Positions 49,491-58,654 of a stretch of 64,000 nt of DNA are shown piece after piece. The DNA lies in NCBI GenBank assembly GCA_965277805.1, contig OZ255842.1, positions 5,088,001-5,152,000 of the forward strand. The letters are read 5' to 3'. A program made the position numbers and the translations under genes. Position 1 is the first letter of the stretch. The number at the start of each line of letters is the position of its first letter. Below the pieces are notes generated by a model. It did not search any database. It saw nothing but the letters and a program-made list of their open reading frames with translations, and had not been told where the DNA came from. The stretch is from Candidatus Lustribacter sp. Lineage in GTDB: Bacteria; Vulcanimicrobiota; Vulcanimicrobiia; Vulcanimicrobiales; Vulcanimicrobiaceae.

Positions 49491-50624
49491 CGCGCGAAAA
49501 CGCTGGAACGCGCTCGGCGCCTGCAGCGGCGGCGGCTGCAGGCGCGCCGGTATCGGCTGCTGCGATTGCGCGATCGTTTGCCGGATCGGGCGCCATTCCG
49601 GCGGCAGCATTCCCCGCGATGCGAGCGCGCCGTCGTAGAGGTAGACGTTTCCGCGCGCGGTGACCGCATTGACCACCGGCCCTCCGCCGCCGACCATCGC
49701 GCTCACGTCGTTGTCGCCGCGCAGATCGAGCGGCGGGCGGCGGTCCCACAGCGAGTACACGCGACCTTCGCTCGAGCGCGCCCCGACCTGCGCGCCCGTG
49801 GCGAAGCCGATGCCGATCGAACCGTTAGTCGATTCGAAGCGCGCAAGTCCCGGATCGAAGGTGCCGTTGTCGTAGACGATGTTCCCCGAGACCGTCGAGA
49901 CCTCGATCTGCCGCGCGCGGTTGTGTTCGAAGACGAACGCGGCCGCATTGCCGCGCGCGCGCAAACGATCGAAGCTCGAGTCGGCGACGTCGAGGCGCCC
50001 GTTCATGAGCTGGACGAACGCGTCGCTCATCACGTCGTTGAGCATCATGCGTCCGCCGGCCGCGAGCGCGAAGAGCGTGCCGCCGTGGTAATCGTTGATG
50101 CTCACCACGCCTTGGCCTTTTTGAATGCGCGTGACGAGCAGGGCGGTCGTGGGCGGCACCATCACCGTGACGTGCGAGTCGTCCGCGGTCTGGATGCGCA
50201 CCGTGTCGTGCGCGCCGGCGCGGAAGTCGGAGGCGTAGGGGAATTCCTCAGGCGCGAGCGTTCCGCGGCCCATCGCTCCCGTCACCGGATCGCGCACCGC
50301 GATCGTTTGTACCGGAATGGAAACCGAGAGCGGCGTTTGCGCGGTGCCGAAGGTGATCGGCCGGCGCGTGACTTGCGCTGCTTCGTCGTCCGTGTCGAAC
50401 TGGACGTTGGGACGGTCCCAGCCCTTGACGGTGATCTCGGAGCGCGCGCCGGCCAGCACCTGAACTACGCTCTGATCGCCCATGAGGAAGGAACCGGTCG
50501 CCGCGTTTGCCGGCACAGGGTGAAAGAAACCGAGGAGGATAGCGAACCCGGCGGCTGCGCGCCGCAGGGCGTCGCGGACGGCGGCCACGGTCCGATCATA
50601 CCGCTCGGGGCACCCCGAGGTCAT
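49473..50624 (-). CDS. Exported beta-strand-repeat protein (DUF4097-like)
   Basis: Signal-like N-terminus; repeated (S/T)xxG-I motifs. Confidence 0.55.
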   Translation of the reverse strand: MTSGCPERYDRTVAAVRDALRRAAAGFAILLGFFHPVPANAATGSFLMGDQSVVQVLAGARSEITVKGWDRPNVQFDTDDEAAQVTRRPITFGTAQTPLSVSIPVQTIAVRDPVTGAMGRGTLAPEEFPYASDFRAGAHDTVRIQTADDSHVTVMVPPTTALLVTRIQKGQGVVSINDYHGGTLFALAAGGRMMLNDVMSDAFVQLMNGRLDVADSSFDRLRARGNAAAFVFEHNRARQIEVSTVSGNIVYDNGTFDPGLARFESTNGSIGIGFATGAQVGARSSEGRVYSLWDRRPPLDLRGDNDVSAMVGGGGPVVNAVTARGNVYLYDGALASRGMLPPEWRPIRQTIAQSQQPIPARLQPPPLQAPSAFQRFRALRGRL

Positions 50625-52054
50625 TGAATTTCGGTGAGGAGCGGGTCGCCGGGTGGCAGCTCGAGCGCCGGCAGCGTGACCGTGAAAACCGAGCCGCCCT
50701 CGGGCCGGGCGGCCGCCCCGACCATCCCGCCGTGCACCCGGGCGATGCTGCGCACGATCGCAAGACCGAGGCCGGTGCCCTCGATCGTCCGCGAGTGCGA
50801 GGGATCGCCGCGGAAAAACCGGTCGAAGAGGTGCTCCGCGGTTTCGGGCGCGATCCCGATGCCGGTGTCGGTCACGGAGATGCGGGCCACGCCGGGATCG
50901 TGCCCGACGGTGACGACGACCTCACCCTCCTCGGTGAACTTGATCGCGTTGTCGACGAGGTTGCTGATCAACTGGCGGATCAGCGGCGAATCGCCGAGGA
51001 TGTAGGGACCGTCGGGCGCGAGCTCGGCGCGCAGCTCGAGCCCGCTGTTGGCCGCGCGGTCGCGAGCGTGCGCGACGACGTCGGCGACCAGCGGATTGAG
51101 CGCGAGCGGTTCTTTGGGAATCTGATCGCCCGAGTCGGCCTTCGCCAGCGTCAGCATGCCGCCGACCATTTCGGCGAGCCGCGCCGACTCATCGACGATC
51201 GCGTCGAGGCTCTCGGCACGCACTTCGGGATCGCGGTCGCCCCAGCGCCGGATCAGCTGCGCGTTAGCGTTGATGACGGTCAACGGCGTCTTGAACTCGT
51301 GCGAGGCGTCGGAGATGAACTGCCGTTCGCGCGCGAACGCATCTTGCAGCCGGTCGAGCATGGCATCGAACGTGGCGGCGAGCCGCCCGATCTCATCGCC
51401 GCGCTTCCAGCGCAGACGCCGGTCGAGTTTCTCCGAGCCGATCTCCTCCATCGCGTGGGTCAGCCGCACGACCGGATCGACCAAACTGCGCGCGATGAAG
51501 AGCGAAGCGATCACGACCGCGATGCACGCGACGATCGCCGCGTAGATGAGGATCGTCTGCGCGCGCCGCGTCTCGCGGTCGATGATGTCGAGCCGCTGCG
51601 CGACGTGCGCGATGACGATCGGTTTGCCGTTCCGGCTGAGTTTGCGATCGAGCACGAGCAGCGCCACGCCGTCGGTGTCGCGGGCGAACGTGAACCGCTG
51701 CTCGAGGCCGGGCGGCAGCGCGCCCAAACGCAGGTCGCCCATGTTCGAACTCTTGCCGATCGGATAGCCTTCGGGCGTATCGATCTGCACGTACTGCGTG
51801 GTCGAGGCCCACTGATCGAGCTGTTCTTTGTTGGCCAGCGCGTCGAGCGCGGTCGCTTGATCGTAGAACCCCAGTGCGTTGCTGGCCTCGGCCACGCGCG
51901 CGATCTCGTCGGAGGTCGCGGTGATGCCGGCCTTCGCCTGTTCGATCAAGAGCGAACGAAAGGCCAGGCCGATCACGACCGCGCCGACCGCGATGATGAT
52001 CACGATCAGAAGGGCGTAGGACGCGGCGATGCGCGTCCGCAGGCTGAGTTTAAT
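50621..52054 (-). CDS. HAMP sensor histidine kinase (probable non-canonical ATT/CTG start)
   Basis: DASHEFKTP, NL.DNAIKF, D.G.GI, G.GLGL; in-frame stop 2 codons upstream of ATT, first GTG lies inside TM1. Confidence 0.9.
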   Translation of the reverse strand: MKLSLRTRIAASYALLIVIIIAVGAVVIGLAFRSLLIEQAKAGITATSDEIARVAEASNALGFYDQATALDALANKEQLDQWASTTQYVQIDTPEGYPIGKSSNMGDLRLGALPPGLEQRFTFARDTDGVALLVLDRKLSRNGKPIVIAHVAQRLDIIDRETRRAQTILIYAAIVACIAVVIASLFIARSLVDPVVRLTHAMEEIGSEKLDRRLRWKRGDEIGRLAATFDAMLDRLQDAFARERQFISDASHEFKTPLTVINANAQLIRRWGDRDPEVRAESLDAIVDESARLAEMVGGMLTLAKADSGDQIPKEPLALNPLVADVVAHARDRAANSGLELRAELAPDGPYILGDSPLIRQLISNLVDNAIKFTEEGEVVVTVGHDPGVARISVTDTGIGIAPETAEHLFDRFFRGDPSHSRTIEGTGLGLAIVRSIARVHGGMVGAAARPEGGSVFTVTLPALELPPGDPLLTEIQ

Positions 52055-52742
52055 CTTTTAGGGCGTAACCGACGCCGCGTACGGTTTGAATCAGCTTGTC
52101 GTCGAAACCGTCATCGATCTTGCCGCGCAAGTAGCGGATGTAGACGTCGATGAGGTTGGAGTCGCCGAGGAAATCGCTGCCCCACACGCCGTTGAAGAGC
52201 TCGTCCCGCGTGTGCACTTTGTTGCGGTGCAGCAAGAGATATTCGAGCAGCGCGTACTCTTTGGCCGTGAGCTGGATGTCTTTGCCCGCACGCTGCACTT
52301 CGTGGCGGTCGCGGTCCATCGTGAGGTCTTTCGCGCCGATCACGTTGTCGTGCGGCTGACGGTCGCGCAACCGCGCGCGAATGCGCGCCAAGAGTTCTTC
52401 GATCGAAAACGGCTTGGTCAGGTAGTCATCGGCGCCGTGATCGAGCCCGGCGACGCGGTCGGGGATGCGGTCTTTGGCCGTGAGCATGATGATCGGCACG
52501 TTGCTCTTGGCGCGAATGCGCGCGCAGACTTCCATGCCGTCGAGTTTGGGCAGCATCAGGTCGAGCACGACGAGATCGGGCTCTTTGAGCGCGCGCTCGA
52601 GGCCCGCGAGGCCGTCGCGCGCGGTCTCGACTTCGTAGCCCTCGTGCTTGAGTTCGAGTTCGAGCACGCGCAAGATCTGCGCGTCGTCTTCGACGATCAG
52701 CACTTTGTAGGTGCGGTCGGTTGCCGGGGTCGTGCTGCTCAC
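52050..52742 (-). CDS. OmpR-family response regulator
   Basis: VEDD, DLMLP, LTAK, KPF, VYIRYLR.K, TVRGVGY. Confidence 0.95.
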   Translation of the reverse strand: MSSTTPATDRTYKVLIVEDDAQILRVLELELKHEGYEVETARDGLAGLERALKEPDLVVLDLMLPKLDGMEVCARIRAKSNVPIIMLTAKDRIPDRVAGLDHGADDYLTKPFSIEELLARIRARLRDRQPHDNVIGAKDLTMDRDRHEVQRAGKDIQLTAKEYALLEYLLLHRNKVHTRDELFNGVWGSDFLGDSNLIDVYIRYLRGKIDDGFDDKLIQTVRGVGYALKD

Positions 52743-52768
52743 GGGCGCGTGTCCGGTTGCTTACTCAC

Positions 52769-53128
52769 CTACCGGTTATACACGCTGAGGCGCGGGGTTG
52801 CCATGAACGGCAGGCTAGAAATCCACCACACCGACGAAATGCCCACCGCGAGCCACACGTAGGTCGAGCGCGAGAAGAGGCCGAGTCCGCGCGCGCCGGC
52901 TACGATCATATCGGCGAGGCGCGCCCCTGCGTGGGGCGTCGTTTGGAAGAGCCAGACGCTCAGCGAGCCCACGAACGCGACTGCGGCGACGAGCAAGCAC
53001 AGTTCCCACGCGCGGAACGTCGGTGCCGGGCGCAGCACCGTCGCGGCCAGGATCCGGCCGTGCAGGTCGGCCGGCGGCTCCTCGAGCGGCAGCGCGTCGA
53101 GCGCGCGGTCCAGTTCGTCGTCGGTCAT
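52769..53128 (-). CDS. Putative membrane anti-sigma factor
   Basis: ATGA-coupled to ECF sigma; L..LP.EEPP.DL..RI then 2 TM. Confidence 0.65.
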   Translation of the reverse strand: MTDDELDRALDALPLEEPPADLHGRILAATVLRPAPTFRAWELCLLVAAVAFVGSLSVWLFQTTPHAGARLADMIVAGARGLGLFSRSTYVWLAVGISSVWWISSLPFMATPRLSVYNR

Positions 53129-53721
53129 GTGGTTCTCCGTTGGGCGGTAGGCCCCAGTGCGGCCCGTAACAGGTCTTTTGCCCGGAAAAGATGCGTCTTC
53201 ACGGTTCCGAGCGGAAGACCCAGTACGACGGCGATTTCCTCGTACTGCTTTCCTTGAAGATGGAAGAGCGTGATGACGGTCCGGTATTTTTCCGGCAGCG
53301 CGGCGATCGCCGCGCGCAGCCGGGCGGATTCTTCGGACGCCACGAACGCGCCCTCGGGTCCGGCGCCCGGGTCGGCGACGTCGGGCGGTTCCTCGCCCGT
53401 GAAGCGCTTGCGCTTGGCGAGCCGGTCGCAGCACACGCGGTAACAGATCGTGAAGATCCAGGTCGCGAACTTCGCGCCGGGCCGGAACGAGGCGAGGGCG
53501 CGGTAGGCCTTCATCCAGGCCTCTTGGCAGGCGTCTTTCGCCTCCTCGACCTCGCGCAGCGTGCGGTAGGCGAGGTGATAGACCGCGCGTTCGTAGCGCT
53601 CGACGAGGGTGCCGAACGCGTCGCCGCGGCCCGCCAGAACGAGCGCGATCAAGTCATCGTCCGTGGGGACGACGGCTTTGGCCCGTTCCGCCGGCGGTTC
53701 GGCCAACAGTGCGACTCCCAT
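53125..53721 (-). CDS. ECF RNA polymerase sigma factor (SigW-like)
   Basis: AF..LV.RY, D..QE, F.TW...I, Y.EIA..L..P.GTVK..LFRA. Confidence 0.92.
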   Translation of the reverse strand: MGVALLAEPPAERAKAVVPTDDDLIALVLAGRGDAFGTLVERYERAVYHLAYRTLREVEEAKDACQEAWMKAYRALASFRPGAKFATWIFTICYRVCCDRLAKRKRFTGEEPPDVADPGAGPEGAFVASEESARLRAAIAALPEKYRTVITLFHLQGKQYEEIAVVLGLPLGTVKTHLFRAKDLLRAALGPTAQRRTT

Positions 53722-53732
53722 CTGCGCGCATG

Positions 53733-53758
53733 TACGCGGGACCGCGGCCCAAGTTTCG
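53733..53758 (-). promoter_or_regulatory. SigW-type ECF promoter for the sigma/anti-sigma operon
   Basis: CGAAAC-N16-CGTA on the minus strand. Confidence 0.75.
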
Positions 53759-53761
53759 CCG

Positions 53762-53787
53762 CGAAACACCGCCGCCGGTCGGCCGTA
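53762..53787 (+). promoter_or_regulatory. SigW-type ECF promoter for the DUF4097/DUF6249 operon
   Basis: CGAAAC-N16-CGTA on the plus strand. Confidence 0.75.
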
Positions 53788-53795
53788 CATGGGGC

Positions 53796-54755
53796 ATGGT
53801 TCCACGCGCAACGCTCATCGCCGTCCTGGTCGGCATTGAGATGGCCCTGATCTTCGCGATGGTCGTCGCCATGGGCGGCGGCCCGAAAACCCATTACGGC
53901 GGCTGGCCGGGTGCTCCGGCCGGCGCGGCCGCGCTGACCCCGCAGACGGCGCCGCAGACGTTCCCGGCCGGCGACCACCCGGCCCTCGCGATCGACGTCG
54001 GCATGGCCGACGTCACGATCGATACGCATCCCGATGCGCGCATCGACGTTTCGGTGACCGACGGCTTTCACCACATCGGTTCGCAAGCGCCGATCGTTTC
54101 GCGAGCCGACGGCAGCACCGTCCGCATCTCGGCCGATGAAAGCGATTTCTGGTCGTTCCTCGGCGACAGCCGCATCGTGCACATCACGGCACCGGCCGAA
54201 ACGCGCGTCGTCATCGCCAACGCCGGCAACATCAACGTAACGGGTTTGCGTGCCGACGCCACGGTTACGAGCGGCGCGCACTTCCATCCCGGCGACGGCA
54301 TCAGCGTGCGCGACTTCCGCGGTTCGCTGACGGCAACGAGTCCCGACGGCACGATCGACGTCACCGACGCCGATTGTCCGCAACTGCGCCTCACTTCGTC
54401 GAACGGGCGCCTCACCCTGACGCGGGTGCGTGCCCAGCAGATCTTCGCATCGAGCAGCAACGGCCGCGTCGAGGGCACGGGCTTACGGTTGCGTGACGGC
54501 AGCGTCGCGAGTTCCAACGGGCGCGTGTCGCTCGGCTTCGCGAGCGGGGCCGATACCACCGTCACGGCCGGCGCGGCCAACGGGCGCGTGCGGGTTTCCG
54601 GCTTCGCCGCGACGCCCGCAACCTACGTGCGCGGGAATGATGAAGATGACGACGACGACTCGTCGGCGGCGAAAACGGTGCGCATCGGCGCGGGCAGCGG
54701 GCGGCTCGACGTGCGCGCCAGCAACGGTAGTATCGATCTCAGTCAGGAAGGCTAA
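53796..54755 (+). CDS. DUF4097 beta-strand-repeat (putative adhesin-domain) membrane-anchored protein
   Basis: N-terminal TM; repeated SSNGR motifs. Confidence 0.8.
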   Translation: MVPRATLIAVLVGIEMALIFAMVVAMGGGPKTHYGGWPGAPAGAAALTPQTAPQTFPAGDHPALAIDVGMADVTIDTHPDARIDVSVTDGFHHIGSQAPIVSRADGSTVRISADESDFWSFLGDSRIVHITAPAETRVVIANAGNINVTGLRADATVTSGAHFHPGDGISVRDFRGSLTATSPDGTIDVTDADCPQLRLTSSNGRLTLTRVRAQQIFASSSNGRVEGTGLRLRDGSVASSNGRVSLGFASGADTTVTAGAANGRVRVSGFAATPATYVRGNDEDDDDDSSAAKTVRIGAGSGRLDVRASNGSIDLSQEG

Positions 54756-54760
54756 GGAGC

Positions 54761-55375
54761 ATGGACGACAACCTCATACCGGTCCTCGGTATCATCTGTC
54801 TCTTCGGATTGCCGGTGGTCGGTTGGATCTTGGGCCGCGTGATGAAGCACCGCGAGCGAATGGAGATGCTCCGGATGGGCATGATCCCGCCGCCCGATGG
54901 TCGCGGCTGGCGAAATCGCGACCGCTTCGCAGCGGGTCCGGGCGTGCCGCCGCCGTGGACGGCTGCGCCGGGGCCGATCGGCGGAGCGCCGTTCAACTAC
55001 AACGCCTACGAGGACCCGAACTCGGCGCAGTGCACGATGCGCCGCGGCATCCTGACCGCGATGGTCGGCTTTGCAATCCTGATCGGCCTCTCGTTCATCG
55101 GCTATCGCGGCGGCGACGGACCGTTTGTGCCGGCGTCGATCCATCCCGGACCCTGGCTCTTGGGCGGCCTGATCCCGATGTTCGTGGGCATTGCGCAGAT
55201 CATCATCGCGCTGCTGTCGGGCGCCACGTTCAACATCCGTATGATGCCGCCGCCGAGCGGTCCGGCCGGACCGCCGCCGGGACAGCGCACCTATGGCTCC
55301 GCGGCCCAGCCCGGGCCGCCCGGACCGCGTTATGAAGAGCTGGCGCGGCCCGTACCACCGCCCGATCGCACCTAA
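54761..55375 (+). CDS. DUF6249-like membrane protein
   Basis: HRERMEM...G..PP, GLIP.FVG motifs; AAGGAG RBS. Confidence 0.65.
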   Translation: MDDNLIPVLGIICLFGLPVVGWILGRVMKHRERMEMLRMGMIPPPDGRGWRNRDRFAAGPGVPPPWTAAPGPIGGAPFNYNAYEDPNSAQCTMRRGILTAMVGFAILIGLSFIGYRGGDGPFVPASIHPGPWLLGGLIPMFVGIAQIIIALLSGATFNIRMMPPPSGPAGPPPGQRTYGSAAQPGPPGPRYEELARPVPPPDRT

Positions 55376-55382
55376 GTCAACG

Positions 55383-55420
55383 CAAAAAGAGCGAGCCGCC
55401 GAAGCGACTCGCTCTTTTTG
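55383..55420. terminator. Bidirectional intrinsic terminator
   Basis: AAAAAGAGCGAG-CCGCCGAAGCGA-CTCGCTCTTTTT between convergent genes. Confidence 0.9.
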
Positions 55421-55444
55421 ATATTCCCGGCTTTCGTTGCGCCG

Positions 55445-55585
55445 CTAGCGGCAGGTAACGATCGCCATCGCCCAACCGCTCGCAGTACGCGTGCGGACGA
55501 GATATCCGTCTTCGGTGCGGTCGTAAACGCTGTAGCCCGCTCTTAGCGCGTCAGCTAGCGTTTTGAAGACCTGAATCCCGGCCAT
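55445..55585 (-). CDS. Small (46 aa) protein of unknown function
   Basis: Strong GAGGAGG RBS, own terminator, MAGIQVFKTLADALRAGYSVYDRTEDGYLVRTRTASGWAMAIVTCR. Confidence 0.75.
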   Translation of the reverse strand: MAGIQVFKTLADALRAGYSVYDRTEDGYLVRTRTASGWAMAIVTCR

Positions 55586-55738
55586 CTCGGTGCTCCCTCC
55601 TCGCGGACCTAATGCCGCGATGTTCCTGTCCCTATTACCTATAACGGCCAGAATCTTACCTGCGTTCACCTCTCATCGAATTTTCTCCGTAAAGATACGT
55701 TGCGGGTAGCGTGCGGGCCGGTCGCCAACTTTGCCGGG

Positions 55739-56443
55739 GTGCAGACTCGCCTCGTCGTTGCGCTCGATGTTCCGACATTTGTCAGGGCTGAGCGTTTGAT
55801 CGAGGCGCTTCAGGGCTGCGATGTGACCTTCAAGGTCGGCTACGAGGCCCTTTACGGCTACGGGCCCGAGCTGCTGAGCTCGCTTGAGACGCGTAATGCC
55901 GAGTATATGCTCGACGTCAAGCTGCATGATATCCCTCGGACGGTCCATGCGGCGGTACAAGCGTTGGTCCGGCCGGGTGTGTCGCTGCTCACGGTGCACG
56001 CGCTCGGCGGGGGCGAGATGCTCGCCGCGGCCGTCGAGGCCGCTGCGGAGCGGGCCGCCGAGCTCGGCATCGCGATACCGCGTGTGCTCGCGATCACGGT
56101 GCTCACGAGCCACGCGCCCGGCGATCTCGCCCCGCTCGGCCTTGCGGGCAGCACGATCGACAACGCGTTGCGCCTGGCGGCGATCGCCAAGGACGCGCGT
56201 TGCGCCGGCGTCGTCTGTTCGGTGACGGAAGTGCGCGTGCTCAAGGCCGCGTTGGGCAGCGATTTCATCGCGCTCTGTCCGGGCATCCGTCCGAGCGGCG
56301 GCGCGCACGGCGATCAGCGGCGCGTTGCAACGCCGCGCGACGCGCATCTCGCCGGCGCCGACTACATCGTCGTCGGCCGGCCGATCATCGAAGACAACGA
56401 CCCTGCCGCTGCGGCCCAAGCGATCCTCGCGGAGTTGAACTAA
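55739..56443 (+). CDS. pyrF: Orotidine-5'-phosphate decarboxylase
   Basis: VALD, KVG, DxKxHDIP.T, PGIR, VGRPI. Confidence 0.95.
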   Translation: MQTRLVVALDVPTFVRAERLIEALQGCDVTFKVGYEALYGYGPELLSSLETRNAEYMLDVKLHDIPRTVHAAVQALVRPGVSLLTVHALGGGEMLAAAVEAAAERAAELGIAIPRVLAITVLTSHAPGDLAPLGLAGSTIDNALRLAAIAKDARCAGVVCSVTEVRVLKAALGSDFIALCPGIRPSGGAHGDQRRVATPRDAHLAGADYIVVGRPIIEDNDPAAAAQAILAELN

Positions 56444-56445
56444 CC

Positions 56446-57024
56446 GTGCTCGCACTCACGCCCGAAACATTGCTCGACGAACTGCGCGCGCGCGGCGCGC
56501 TGCTCGACGGTCACTTCCGTCTCTCGTCGGGCCGTCACTCGAACCGCTTCGTGCAGAAGTTCCGCTTCCTCGAAGACCCTGCGCTGCTGGAACGCATCGT
56601 CGCCGCGATGCTGCAGACGATGCCGGACCTCGACGTGACGTGCGTCGTTTCGGCCGCGGTCGGCGGCATCGTGCTCGGTTACGAAGCGGCGCGCCAACTC
56701 GGCACGCGCGCGATCTTCGTCGAGAAAGAAGCCGGAACGGCGCGCTTTCGCCGCGGTTTCGGCGTGTCGCGCGGCGAGCGCGTGCTGGTGGTCGAGGACG
56801 TGATCACGACCGGGCTCTCGGTGCGCGAGGTGATCGACGTCGTCACGGCCGAGGGCGGGGTCGCGGCCGCGGCCGCCGTCGTCGTGCGCCGCAGCGCCGC
56901 CGAAGTGGGCGCGACGCTCTATGCGCTGCTCGATCTGCCGATGGAGTCGTACGAGCCCGCGGAGTGCCCGCAATGTGCGGCGGGCGAGGCGCTGGACGAG
57001 CCGGGATCGCGCTTTTTACGCTGA
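56446..57024 (+). CDS. pyrE: Orotate phosphoribosyltransferase
   Basis: GHF.LSSGRHS, VEDVITTG.S. Confidence 0.93.
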   Translation: MLALTPETLLDELRARGALLDGHFRLSSGRHSNRFVQKFRFLEDPALLERIVAAMLQTMPDLDVTCVVSAAVGGIVLGYEAARQLGTRAIFVEKEAGTARFRRGFGVSRGERVLVVEDVITTGLSVREVIDVVTAEGGVAAAAAVVVRRSAAEVGATLYALLDLPMESYEPAECPQCAAGEALDEPGSRFLR

Positions 57025-57065
57025 CGGGCACCCACCGGCCGGGGCGCGAACGTCAACGGCACCCC

Positions 57066-58187
57066 ATGGACTACGTTTCTCTCGCACGGCCGGTCGTGCG
57101 GCAACTCCACGAGTACAGCGCCGGCACGACGATCGACCAGGCGAAGCGGCGCTTCGGCCAGCTCGACCGCATCATCAAGCTCTCGTCGAACGAAAACCCG
57201 CGCGGTTCCTCGCCGAAAGCGCTGGCCGCAATGGAGACGTTGACGGGCGCCAACCTCTACGCCGACGACGATCATCTCCATCTGCGCGCGCGTCTCTCCG
57301 AGCCCTACGGACTGCGCATCGAGAACACGATCCTCGGCCACGGCAGCAACGAGATTCTGCTGATGTTCTTCCTCACGTTCATCGGCCCGGGCGATGAAGT
57401 GATCATGGCCGACCCGACGTTCTCGCTCTTTCCGGCCGACGCGATCGTGACCGGCGCAACGCCGGTGCGCGTGCCGCTGCGCGACGGCGGCCACGATCTC
57501 GACGCGATGCTCGCGGCCGTTACGCCGCGTACCAAAGCCGTGATCATCTGCGATCCGAACAACCCGAGCGCAACCTGCGTCGATCCGGACGCGTTCGCGC
57601 ACTTCGCCTCGCTCTTGCCGCCCAACGTGCTGATGTTCATCGATCAGGCCTACCGCGAGTATATGCCGGCCGCGAGCGTCGAGGGCACCGATTACGTGAA
57701 ATCGCGCCGCGGCACGATCGTCACCCGCACGATGTCGAAACTCTACGGTCTGGCATCGGTGCGCTTCGGCTACGGTTTCGCCGACCAAGGCATGATCGAT
57801 TTGATGCAGCGCGTGCGCGTGCCGTTCAACGTGTCCTCGCCCGCGGCGCTGGCGGCGCTGGGCGCGCTCGATGACGATGAGTTCCGGGCGGACACGATCG
57901 CGATGAACGACGAAGGCAAAGCGTTCCTCAACGCGGCGTTCGGCCGCCTCGGACTCTTTGCGTATCCCTCGGCCGCGAACTTCATCGCGGTGCGCGTGCC
58001 GGTCGCCGCCGACGCCGCTTACGACGACCTGCTCAAACGCGGCATCATCGTACGCTCGGGCGACAAGCTCGGTATGCCGAACTTCTTGCGCATCACGATC
58101 GGCTTGCCGGAAGAAAATCGTGCGCTCGTCGCCGCACTGGAAGCCGAGCTGCCGCAGTGGCGGGAACGCGCGCAAGTTTCCGCATGA
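57066..58187 (+). CDS. hisC: Histidinol-phosphate aminotransferase
   Basis: KLSSNENP, G.GSNE, PNNP, D.AY.EY, RT.SK.YGLA..R.GY. Confidence 0.88.
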   Translation: MDYVSLARPVVRQLHEYSAGTTIDQAKRRFGQLDRIIKLSSNENPRGSSPKALAAMETLTGANLYADDDHLHLRARLSEPYGLRIENTILGHGSNEILLMFFLTFIGPGDEVIMADPTFSLFPADAIVTGATPVRVPLRDGGHDLDAMLAAVTPRTKAVIICDPNNPSATCVDPDAFAHFASLLPPNVLMFIDQAYREYMPAASVEGTDYVKSRRGTIVTRTMSKLYGLASVRFGYGFADQGMIDLMQRVRVPFNVSSPAALAALGALDDDEFRADTIAMNDEGKAFLNAAFGRLGLFAYPSAANFIAVRVPVAADAAYDDLLKRGIIVRSGDKLGMPNFLRITIGLPEENRALVAALEAELPQWRERAQVSA

Positions 58188-58654
58188 GCGAACGGATCGC
58201 GATCCGGCTCGGAGACGCCGCTCGCGATCGCGCGTTCATCGTCGACCTCGGGCGGCGCGTGGCGTCGACCAGCGTGTCGTCGCAACGCGTCACGGTGTTG
58301 CCGCTGGTCGAGGCCGCCTACGAACAGTTGATCGACTACACCCTGCGGCGCGAGCACGAGATCTTGGTGGCCGAGGTCGACGACGTCGCGGCGGCCTTCG
58401 CCCTGCTGCTCTACGACGAGCCGGATCAAGTTTCGCTGACCGAGCAAACCTTTCTCGCCTACATGGCCGTTGAGCCGGCGTGGGAGCGCCGCGGGATCGG
58501 CCGCGCGCTGCTGGCGGTCGTCGAAGAGCAGGCCCGCAAACGCGGCTTTCCCTATTTGACGCTGATGGTGACCGAAGAAAACGCGGCGGCGCGCGCGCTG
58601 TACGAATCGGCCGGTTTCACGACGGAGCGCCGGCAAATGGTGAAGGAGCTATGA
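58184..58654 (+). CDS. GNAT acetyltransferase
   Basis: AV....RRGIGR, N.AARALYE..GF. Confidence 0.87.
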   Translation: MSERIAIRLGDAARDRAFIVDLGRRVASTSVSSQRVTVLPLVEAAYEQLIDYTLRREHEILVAEVDDVAAAFALLLYDEPDQVSLTEQTFLAYMAVEPAWERRGIGRALLAVVEEQARKRGFPYLTLMVTEENAAARALYESAGFTTERRQMVKEL

